From positions 5,516-69,515 of the forward strand of contig CAYXPA010000001.1 of assembly GCA_964466945.1 (NCBI GenBank): a DNA stretch of 64,000 nucleotides, in the 5' to 3' direction. The number at the start of each line of letters is the position of its first letter. Positions within the stretch are counted from its first letter, which is position 1. Source of the stretch: an uncultured Verrucomicrobiota bacterium. GTDB taxonomy: Bacteria; Verrucomicrobiota; Verrucomicrobiia; Limisphaerales; J093. The position numbers and the translations under genes are program-made. The notes beneath the pieces are model-generated. The model was not told the DNA's origin, made no database searches, and worked only from the letters and a program-made list of their open reading frames with translations. Positions 54,542 to 62,139 of the stretch are shown here, in pieces.

Positions 54542-55357
54542 ATGGAGTTGCTCAAGAAGCATTACGAGAAGCTGATCCTGAGCGTGGTCCTGCTGGGGTT
54601 GGCCGTGGCGGCGGGGTATCTGCCCTTTGAAGTGGCCCGCGTGCGGGAGCGCCTGGCGGAAGTCACCACCGCCATCGAGGACGGCAAGGTTGAACCCCTC
54701 AAACCACTGGACCTGACCACCAACGAGGCGGTGCTTCGCCGGGCTACCTCGAAGGTCGAGTTCGCTTTTGGCAAAGGTCCACACGGCCTGTTCAACCCGG
54801 CGGGCACCTGGCGCAAGGGCACGGGGCCCGGCGGCTGGCCGCCCATCCCGCCGGCCCCATCCGGCGTGGAGGGTCTCGTCGTGACCAGCATTACCCCGCT
54901 CATGCTGAAGGTGGAATTCCAGGGCGTCTCTCAGGGTAGCAGCGCGGCCTTCGGACTGCGCTACCGGTTCTACATCCAAAACCAGGCCTCGACCAATTCC
55001 ACCCTCGCCCGGGGCCGCATCCTGAACCTGGCCACCAACGACAAGCCCGGTGCGGCCGACCCGCTTTTGATCAAGGATATCATCGGCGCGCCCGAGGACC
55101 CCGACGCCATTCAGTTACAGCTCACCGACGCGCGCACCGTCATCACGGTCACCAAGGACAAGCCCTATACCGAAGTGGCGGGTTACTCGGCCGACCTGCG
55201 GCACGAACGCGAGGGCCGTAATTTCACGCGGCAACGCCCCGGCGCCAAACTCACCATCGCCGGCGCCACTTACAATGTCGTTGCCATCAGCGAGCGCGAC
55301 GTTACCATCGAGGACGACAAGACCAAACGCCGCACGGTCATTGCGCTGAACCGGTGA
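54542..55357 (+). CDS. membrane-anchored hypothetical protein of the pilus-assembly cluster (PilP position)
   Basis: N-terminal TM (LILSVVLLGLAVAAGYL) and a beta-rich periplasmic part, located between the PilO-like and secretin genes with 3-28 nt gaps. Confidence 0.5.
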   Translation: MELLKKHYEKLILSVVLLGLAVAAGYLPFEVARVRERLAEVTTAIEDGKVEPLKPLDLTTNEAVLRRATSKVEFAFGKGPHGLFNPAGTWRKGTGPGGWPPIPPAPSGVEGLVVTSITPLMLKVEFQGVSQGSSAAFGLRYRFYIQNQASTNSTLARGRILNLATNDKPGAADPLLIKDIIGAPEDPDAIQLQLTDARTVITVTKDKPYTEVAGYSADLRHEREGRNFTRQRPGAKLTIAGATYNVVAISERDVTIEDDKTKRRTVIALNR

Positions 55358-55385
55358 GGGGTCGCTGAGTGATCTGGATTGCTTT

Positions 55386-57905
55386 ATGTCTTCCGTTTCG
55401 AGAAAAACCACGCCCATGATTCGTTTCGCCTTCACCCTGCTGGCCGGCGCGGTGGTGTTGTCGGGCCCGCTGCCCGCCCGGGCCGCGCAACCGGACGCCG
55501 CCGCCCTTGCCGCCGAAGAAGCCGTGCGCCGGCAGGAACTGACCATCCTCCTGCGCAAAACCCTCCAAGAAGCGGCCGACGTGCGCGCGCGGGATGACCT
55601 GGCCAACGCCGTGCGCCTCTATGAGGAGTGCTGGAGCCTGGTCCAGCGCATCGGCGATGCCAGCATCGAGGCCGAGCGCAAACAAACCATCGCCGGGTTC
55701 ACCGAGGCCTACCTCACCCAGGCCCGCCGCTCCTATGCCAGCGCCGATTACGAGGAGGCCAACCGGCAACTCGCCCGGGTGTTGCGCGTGGACCCGCGCA
55801 ACGACGAAGCGCAAAAACTCAAGGCCCGTGTGGACCAGGCCCTCGAGGAACTCAAAGGGCGCGTGCCCAGCAAGGAAATCGTGGCCCAACTGCCCGAGGC
55901 GGCCCAGACGCGCACCGATGCCGCCACGCTGGTCCAGGATGGCAAGCTGCTTTATGAAATGGGGAAACTGGACGAGGCCGAGGCCAAGTTGCGCAAGGCC
56001 CGCGAGCTCGATCCTACCAACCGCGCCGCCCCCTACTACCTGACCCTGGTTCAAGAGGCCCGCTACTCTCAGGATGCCGTCAAGCGGGAAGTTATGGCCC
56101 GCCAGAAAATGGTCGAGGTCGAGCAGGCTTGGAATCCACCGCTGGCGCGGGAGAAAATGCCGCCGGGCAACCCATTTGCCCGCACCAACACCGTGCACAC
56201 CGGCCCGGGGCGGCGGATGATTTACGCCAAGCTCGACAAAATCCGGCTTGACCGGGTCGAGTTCCCCGGCGTGCCCTTGAGCGAAGTGGTGGCGTATCTG
56301 GACACGGAAGTTCGCCTGCGCGACCCGGACAAACGCGGCATCAATTTCATCCTGGCTCCCACCGTGGATTCGCAGGCTCCGGCTCAACTTGGTGTGCCTG
56401 GCCTCACCACGTTCGATCCGACGACCGGCGCGGCCGTACCCGCCGTCCCCCAGCAGGAGCAATTCGAGCTCGCCGATGTCGTGATCAAAATCTCGCCCCC
56501 GTTGCGCGACGTACGCCTGGCAGACTTGCTTGACGCCGTCATCAAGGTGGCCGACAAGCCGATCAAGTACTCGGTCGAGGAATACGCGGTCGTGTTCAGC
56601 AAAAAGACCCCGGAACCTCAGCAGCTTTTCACGCGCACTTTCCGGGTGAACCCGAACACGTTCGTGCAGGGCTTGGAAGGGGTGTACGCCATTGACTACT
56701 CGAGCGTCCTGGGCGGTGGTGGGTTCGGTGGAGGCGGTTTTGGTGGTGGCGGCTTTGGCGGCGGCGGTTTCGGCGGGGGTGGTGGGTTCGGTGGTGGTGG
56801 GTTCGGTGGCGGCGGTTTTGGCGGTGGCGGCTTCGGCGGCGGGGGCTATGGCGGCGGGGGGTTGACCATCGGACGCGTAACGATTGGCGGCGGCTACGGA
56901 GGCGGCGGTTTTGGCGGGGGTGGCTTCGGGGGTGGTGGTGGCTTCGGCGGGGGTGGCTTCGGGGGCGGCGGCCTGGGCGGCGGCGGCCTGGGCGGCGGCG
57001 GCCTGGGCGGCGGTGGCTTCGGCGGCGGTGCCGGCGGATTGGGCAGTGGGGGGACGCCCACCGGCGTGGCCGGGTCCACGTTGATGTCGTACGTCAACGA
57101 ATTGGTGCGCGCGTACTTTGTGGCCGCCGGGGTGGACCTGGGCGGGCCCAACATCCTGGGTCAGGGTTTCGGCGGGGCAGCCGGTGGCGCGTTTCCGGGA
57201 GCGGCCGGTGCGGGCGTGGGCTTCCAAAACGCCCAGGGCAAGGCCCTGTTCTTCAACGACCGCACGGGCATCCTGCTGGTGCGGGCCACGCTCGAGGACC
57301 TGGACATCATCGAGCAGGCCATTCAGGCGCTGAACTTCACTCCCGACCAGGTGACCATCGAGGTCAAGTTTGTCGAAATCGGCCAGGACGATGCCAAGGC
57401 CCTGGGTTTTGATTGGTTCCTGGGCAACTGGAACATGGCTGGCGGCAACCTCGGGCTCTCGGGCGGGACGGCGCCTTCTTATGCGGGCGCTCCTTCCGCC
57501 GCCAATCCGTACGGGGTGTTCCCCGGCAACTTCGGTGTTCCGGCCTTTGCCCCCAATCCTTCGACGGATCAGTTGATCACTTCCGGTCTGCGCGGAACCG
57601 AGATTGGCGGGACGGCCATCCCGACCCTGGCCACGCTGACCGGGATCATGACCGATCCCCAGTTTCGCGTGGTCATCCGCGCCCTCGAGCAACGGGGCGG
57701 GGTGGACATCCTCTCCGCGCCCAAGGTGACCACGGTCAGCGGCCGCCAGGCGCAGATTCAGATCATTGATCTCCAGACCATCGTCTCCTACAACCAGACC
57801 GGGGGCATCGGGGGCGGAGTGGGCACCGTGGGCGGAGTGGGCACCGTCGGAGGCGGCGTCGGCGCTGTGGGCGGCGGTGGGGTCGGGGTGGGCGTGGTGC
57901 AGTAA
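55386..57905 (+). CDS. secretin, N-terminal polypeptide: signal peptide, TPR region, N-domains with Gly-repeat insertion, and the first strands of the secretin domain
   Basis: Signal MIRFAFTLLAGAVVLSGPLPARAA, TPR-like helices, and N-domain patterns (ILLVRATLEDLDIIEQAIQALN; VTIEVKFVEI..DDAKALGFDW). The secretin-domain start is FRVVIRALEQRGGVDILSAPKVTTVSGRQAQIQI. The ORF ends in a Gly/Val tail and TAA 57903-57905. Confidence 0.8.
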   Translation: MSSVSRKTTPMIRFAFTLLAGAVVLSGPLPARAAQPDAAALAAEEAVRRQELTILLRKTLQEAADVRARDDLANAVRLYEECWSLVQRIGDASIEAERKQTIAGFTEAYLTQARRSYASADYEEANRQLARVLRVDPRNDEAQKLKARVDQALEELKGRVPSKEIVAQLPEAAQTRTDAATLVQDGKLLYEMGKLDEAEAKLRKARELDPTNRAAPYYLTLVQEARYSQDAVKREVMARQKMVEVEQAWNPPLAREKMPPGNPFARTNTVHTGPGRRMIYAKLDKIRLDRVEFPGVPLSEVVAYLDTEVRLRDPDKRGINFILAPTVDSQAPAQLGVPGLTTFDPTTGAAVPAVPQQEQFELADVVIKISPPLRDVRLADLLDAVIKVADKPIKYSVEEYAVVFSKKTPEPQQLFTRTFRVNPNTFVQGLEGVYAIDYSSVLGGGGFGGGGFGGGGFGGGGFGGGGGFGGGGFGGGGFGGGGFGGGGYGGGGLTIGRVTIGGGYGGGGFGGGGFGGGGGFGGGGFGGGGLGGGGLGGGGLGGGGFGGGAGGLGSGGTPTGVAGSTLMSYVNELVRAYFVAAGVDLGGPNILGQGFGGAAGGAFPGAAGAGVGFQNAQGKALFFNDRTGILLVRATLEDLDIIEQAIQALNFTPDQVTIEVKFVEIGQDDAKALGFDWFLGNWNMAGGNLGLSGGTAPSYAGAPSAANPYGVFPGNFGVPAFAPNPSTDQLITSGLRGTEIGGTAIPTLATLTGIMTDPQFRVVIRALEQRGGVDILSAPKVTTVSGRQAQIQIIDLQTIVSYNQTGGIGGGVGTVGGVGTVGGGVGAVGGGGVGVGVVQ
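56712..57053 (+). repeat. in-frame 15-bp tandem array encoding about 19 GGGG[F/Y/L] pentapeptides within the secretin gene
   Basis: The 114 codons read GGGGF x8, GGGGY, GGGGL, TIGRVTI, GGGY, GGGGF x4, GGGGL x3, GGGGF.... The DNA is imperfect ggcggNggNggcttc units. Confidence 0.9.
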
Positions 57906-57941
57906 GTTCCACTGGCTTTTCAATCTCGAACGAACGCAGAC

Positions 57942-58553
57942 ATGAAAATCGAACGCGTTTTGGCAACCCTCGGCTTGGTCGCGGGCCTCGGCATGTGGGG
58001 CGCGCGGGCGCAGGTGGTTCAACAGGCCGCGGCAACCCCGACCATTCAGCCCACCACCGTGCCCGTGCCCATCGGGCCGACCTTGGACGTGATCCCGCAC
58101 GTCTCGGCCGACGGCTATACCATCCAGCTCAATCTGCTGCCCACGGTGACCGAGTTCCTCGGTTACGACGACCCCGGCCAGTTCCGCGCGGTGGTGGGCA
58201 ACCTCGCCGCGCCGGTGCCGCTGCCGCGCTTTCGCATCCGCCAGGTCGTCACCAGCTCGATCGTCTGGGACGGCCAGACGGTCGTTTTGGGCGGCCTCAT
58301 TTCCGAGCGTGTGGCCAAGCGCAAGGACAAGGTGCCCGTGCTGGGCGACCTGCCGTTGGTGGGCCGGCTCTTCCGCAGCGAGGCCAATTCGAGTCAAAAG
58401 AAGAACCTCGTCATCTTCGTGACCCCCACCATCATTGACCCCCAGGGCAACCGGGTGCACGATGAGAACAACCTGCCGTTTGACCCCACCAAGTTGCCGC
58501 CCCAGACGCCCTTTGCGCCCGTGCCCACCCCGGCGTCGGAGGTTTCCAAGTGA
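57942..58553 (+). CDS. secretin, C-terminal polypeptide: own signal peptide plus the remainder of the secretin beta-barrel domain
   Basis: MKIERVLATLGLVAGLGMWGARAQ (signal-like), then IGPTLDVIPHVSADGYTIQLNLLPTVTEF, RFRIRQVVTSSIVWDGQTVVLGGLI and KVPVLGDLPLVGRLFRSEANSSQKKNLVIFVTPTII. These are the C-terminal hallmark motifs of secretin domains. Confidence 0.8.
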   Translation: MKIERVLATLGLVAGLGMWGARAQVVQQAAATPTIQPTTVPVPIGPTLDVIPHVSADGYTIQLNLLPTVTEFLGYDDPGQFRAVVGNLAAPVPLPRFRIRQVVTSSIVWDGQTVVLGGLISERVAKRKDKVPVLGDLPLVGRLFRSEANSSQKKNLVIFVTPTIIDPQGNRVHDENNLPFDPTKLPPQTPFAPVPTPASEVSK

Positions 58554-58637
58554 AACGCTGTGTGGGCCCAAAGTTGGCTGAAAACTTGCCGTCAACGTTG
58601 AATTCGGGCGGAGCGCGGACCTCCGTCACCAGTTGAG

Positions 58638-60557
58638 ATGCGAGGAATGCAAATCAAATTCTCTCAGGCCCGGCCGTCGGGCGGTTCTCGATTGGGGCGC
58701 GCCACAGTGTTGTTGGCCGCGGCCGCGGTGGCCGTGTTGTCCGGGGTCTCGGTCCGGGCCGACCTGACCCTGTCCCCCCAGGGCACCGAGTACCCGCTGA
58801 GTCGCGGCCTCATCGGCGACCAGACCCGGCCGGCCCTGAGCCTGACGAGCACCGGCGGTTACGTGGTTTGGCAGGACAACGCCGCGGACGGCGACGGCCT
58901 GGGGGTCATGGTCGCCGAACTCAACGCCTCGCTTTCCCCGATCCCGACGCGCATTTTCCGGGTGAACCAGACCACCACCGGGGACCAAGAAGCACCTGCT
59001 GTGGAAGCCCTGGCGGATGGGGGCGCCTTGGTGGTCTGGCAGGGCGGGAAGCAGGGCGAACAAGACATCTGGGCGCGCATCATCCAGCCCGGCGGCACCT
59101 TTCTGGGCGGCGAATTCCGCGTCAACACCTACACCAACGGCCAGCAAAGCTCACCCAGGCTGACCCGCCTTGGCGACGGCAACTTGGTGGTGGTCTGGAG
59201 CAGTTGGAACCAGGACGGCATGTACCAGGGCGTGTTCGGCCAGCGGCTTGCTCCTACAGGGCAAAAGCTGGGCAGCGAGTTTCAGGTCAACGAGTTTACT
59301 GCTTATAACCAGCGCGACCCGGCCCTCACCACCCTGGCCGACGGTTCGTTTGTCGTGGCCTGGGTCAGCGAGCAGCAGCGCTTCGAGAACAGCGTGGACA
59401 TTTTTGCCCGTCGCTACCTGCCCGACGGCACCCCGGCCGGAGGTGAGGTGCGGCTGAACACCACCACCAACCTGTGCGCCAATCCCGCACTGGCCCCGGG
59501 TTGGAACGGCGGGTTCATGGCTGCTTGGAGCCAACGCAACACCACCGAAATCACCAACATGTGGGACGTGGTGATGGGCAGCTACGAGGCCAACGGGAAT
59601 CTCCTGGGCTCGGTGGTGCTGGCCAATCAGTACCGCCCGCACAACCAGTTCTTCCCGCGGATCGCCGCCTTGGGCGGAACCCGCTTGGTGGTCTGGACCA
59701 GCTACGGCCAGGACGGCTCGCGCGAAGGCATCTACGGGCGGCTGGTGGGGCAGTTCGGGCCTCTGGGTGACGAGTTCCTCGTCAACACCGCCACCATCGG
59801 TCCGCAATTGCAGCCGGCGGTGGCCGCCGATGGCGACGGCCGCTTTCTTGTGACGTGGGCCGGTTTCGTGGGCGGAGACGCCAGCTTCGAGATTCTGGGC
59901 CAACGCTACGCGGGCGAGCTGGCCCTGCCGGCCCCCGGCGCGCCGTTGGTCACGGCCCTGGACGCCTACTCGCTGCTGGTGAGCTGGGCCCCGCTGGCCG
60001 GTTATCCCGATTTCGCCGCCTACCACTTGTACGTGGACGGCGCGGCCACGCCCCGGGTGCTGACCGAGAATTTCGTCATCCTCGACGATTTCAACCCGGC
60101 CACCACCCATACCTTCCGGTTGGCGTATGCGCTCAAGGACGGCCGTATTTCGCCGTTGTCCGAGCCGGCGACCGGCCAGACCTGGGGGCGGGACCGGAAC
60201 AACGACGGCTTGCCGGATGACTGGCAGGCCCGTTACTGGGGGCCGAACGCGGCGGCCTGGCCGGTCCCGGGGTTGGACCCGGACGGCGATGGTGCGTCCA
60301 ACCTGGCCGAGTTTTTGGCCGGGACCGACCCGCTGAACCCCGAGAGCGTCTTGCGGGTGTCCATCCAGCCCACCACCGGCGGGTTGTTACTGCAATGGAA
60401 TGCGGTGGCCGGCTCGATTTACCAACTGCAGGCGTCCGCCGACTTGAAGACCTGGTCCGACGCGGCCGGTCCGGCCTTTGCGCCGGGTGACCGCGCGTCC
60501 TCGGTGGTGCCCACCAACGCCGCGACCGTGTATTACCGTGTCATCCGCATCCGGTGA
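58638..60557 (+). CDS. secreted 7-bladed propeller-like repeat protein with FN3, Ca-binding DxDGDG and C-terminal beta-sandwich modules
   Basis: Signal LGRATVLLAAAAVAVLSGVSVRA. Seven repeats of about 50 aa follow the pattern F(R/Q)VN..T.G.Q..P.V..L.DG.FVV.W.S..QDG...G.FG.R. Next come an FN3-like module (LLVSWAPL...YHLYVDG) and DPDGDGASNLAEFLAGTDPLNP. Confidence 0.7.
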   Translation: MRGMQIKFSQARPSGGSRLGRATVLLAAAAVAVLSGVSVRADLTLSPQGTEYPLSRGLIGDQTRPALSLTSTGGYVVWQDNAADGDGLGVMVAELNASLSPIPTRIFRVNQTTTGDQEAPAVEALADGGALVVWQGGKQGEQDIWARIIQPGGTFLGGEFRVNTYTNGQQSSPRLTRLGDGNLVVVWSSWNQDGMYQGVFGQRLAPTGQKLGSEFQVNEFTAYNQRDPALTTLADGSFVVAWVSEQQRFENSVDIFARRYLPDGTPAGGEVRLNTTTNLCANPALAPGWNGGFMAAWSQRNTTEITNMWDVVMGSYEANGNLLGSVVLANQYRPHNQFFPRIAALGGTRLVVWTSYGQDGSREGIYGRLVGQFGPLGDEFLVNTATIGPQLQPAVAADGDGRFLVTWAGFVGGDASFEILGQRYAGELALPAPGAPLVTALDAYSLLVSWAPLAGYPDFAAYHLYVDGAATPRVLTENFVILDDFNPATTHTFRLAYALKDGRISPLSEPATGQTWGRDRNNDGLPDDWQARYWGPNAAAWPVPGLDPDGDGASNLAEFLAGTDPLNPESVLRVSIQPTTGGLLLQWNAVAGSIYQLQASADLKTWSDAAGPAFAPGDRASSVVPTNAATVYYRVIRIR

Positions 60558-60561
60558 TTTT

Positions 60562-62091
60562 ATGCGCGCCTCACTGAACCGAATTCTGCTGATTCTGGCG
60601 CTGGTGGGCGGGTTACCGCGCGCACAGGCCTTCGCCCTCTTGGGGGCCTTGGACACGTGGATGACTGAGGAAATCGGGTACAACCTGGCCGACCCGGGCG
60701 GTCCGATGAATCTGGGTGAGGAATACCGGTGGAACATGCCGATCGTCACCTATGGTTTCGACGAGTCGTTTTTGAACTACTTTGGTCAGCGGGGGGTCGA
60801 GGAGGTCGAAAAGGCCATCAAGATTCTCAACGACCTGCCGCCGGTCTCGCAGATGAGCCCGGACCTGTCCGAGTTTCCGCTGGACACCCGGAGGATGAAC
60901 TACCGGGCCAACGCGCTGTCCGTTTACGACATGAAGTCTTGGGCTCTGGCCTCGTTGCTGGAAAGTATGGGGTTGGCGCCGGCCGAGCGCTATGTCTGGA
61001 CCTTGCGCGCGCGCTTCGCCGGCCCGCCGGTTACCTACTCGGTGATCAAGCGCAACTTTGACCCGGTGACTTTCAACCCCTCCAGCTATGTCAACGGGGT
61101 GCTGTACACTTACCAGATCATTCAAACGTACACGACGCCCACTTGGGAGGCCGTGGAATTCGAGGTGGACCCAAGTGTCCCCAGCGTCAGCTCCGTGACC
61201 GCCTTGAACTTGTGGGGAGGTACCGTACTCGCCAGTGGGATTTCCGCCGTTCTCTCGCCCGGCCTGTTTTTTACCGGGCTGACCCGGGACGATGTCGGCG
61301 GTCTGCGATACATCTATCGCCCGGACAACCCCAACGTTGAAACCCTGATGACCAACGCCGTTCAGGCTCCCTTGGGTACTCAGCGGGGCAATTACGTGAT
61401 CGGGGTGGATTCGCAGGGCAAGGTCAACGGCTGGGGCGCGCCGCCCGGCTTCACCAACGTCGTGGCCGGGACCAACGCCCCGGCGGTCAACATCGCCCTG
61501 CGGCCGGGCGTGGACAAAATCACCTTCGTGCGCGTCAATTTCGACTCGCTGGTGGGGGCCTGGGTTACCCAGACCAACGTGTACGAAGACCGGTACATCT
61601 CGAACTTCGTCCAACGCACTCAATTGGTTCAGCGCACCTTACCCGCACCGGACATCCTCTTCGATGCCGCAGACTTGGGGGTGGTGGATGCCATTCCGCT
61701 GGTGTATGGCAAGTCCATGAACTTGGTCAGCCAGGATGCCATCAACGGGATCACCGTCTTGGCCGGCCCGGGGCAAATTTTTCCGCCCCACACGATTACT
61801 TTCGGCAAGCTGGGGGAGTATCTGATCAACATACCGGAGGGCGGCCAGACCGATGTTCTGGTGGGCTTTATCTGGGGAGCCTACGACGGCTCCGAAGCCG
61901 AACCCTACATCTTCCCGCAGGGCGCCAGCATCCGGGCGTTGGAGCGACTGATCTTCGACGGCAAGCTGCGGGACCGCAATCAGAACCCGTGGCTTTCCCC
62001 GTTCATCATTGTCAATGCCGGGACCGGGCAAGGACAGGGCGGGCAAACGGGCACGGGCGGTTTTGGCGGCGGCGGAGGCACTACTCCGTGA
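60562..62091 (+). CDS. secreted hypothetical protein with Gly-rich C-terminus
   Basis: Signal MRASLNRILLILALVGGLPRAQA, then FALLGALDTWMTEEIGYNL..GGPMNLGEEYRWNMPIVTYGFDESFLNYFG. The protein ends GTGQGQGGQTGTGGFGGGGGTTP. Start is ATG 60562. No family name recalled. Confidence 0.6.
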   Translation: MRASLNRILLILALVGGLPRAQAFALLGALDTWMTEEIGYNLADPGGPMNLGEEYRWNMPIVTYGFDESFLNYFGQRGVEEVEKAIKILNDLPPVSQMSPDLSEFPLDTRRMNYRANALSVYDMKSWALASLLESMGLAPAERYVWTLRARFAGPPVTYSVIKRNFDPVTFNPSSYVNGVLYTYQIIQTYTTPTWEAVEFEVDPSVPSVSSVTALNLWGGTVLASGISAVLSPGLFFTGLTRDDVGGLRYIYRPDNPNVETLMTNAVQAPLGTQRGNYVIGVDSQGKVNGWGAPPGFTNVVAGTNAPAVNIALRPGVDKITFVRVNFDSLVGAWVTQTNVYEDRYISNFVQRTQLVQRTLPAPDILFDAADLGVVDAIPLVYGKSMNLVSQDAINGITVLAGPGQIFPPHTITFGKLGEYLINIPEGGQTDVLVGFIWGAYDGSEAEPYIFPQGASIRALERLIFDGKLRDRNQNPWLSPFIIVNAGTGQGQGGQTGTGGFGGGGGTTP

Positions 62092-62139
62092 GCAGGTCCG
62101 GTTGACCGCGGGCACGGTTCTGACGACTTTTACGTGGCT

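Noticed and set aside
51347-54979. 1210-aa minus-strand ORF, and the 1085-aa minus-strand ORF 55338..58595
   Set aside because: Both are antisense to the pilMN, PilO-like and secretin genes. They have low-complexity Gly/Arg/Ala/His translations with no recognisable domains.
56712-57053. Possible CRISPR array or VNTR because of the regular 15-bp periodicity
   Set aside because: There are no spacers, the period is far too short, and the array is in frame within a well-supported ORF. It is a coding pentapeptide repeat.
56894-57154. Minus-strand ORF encoding a poly-proline/lysine peptide (PPPPKPPPP...)
   Set aside because: It is simply the reverse complement of the Gly-codon tandem array inside the secretin gene and is not an independent gene.
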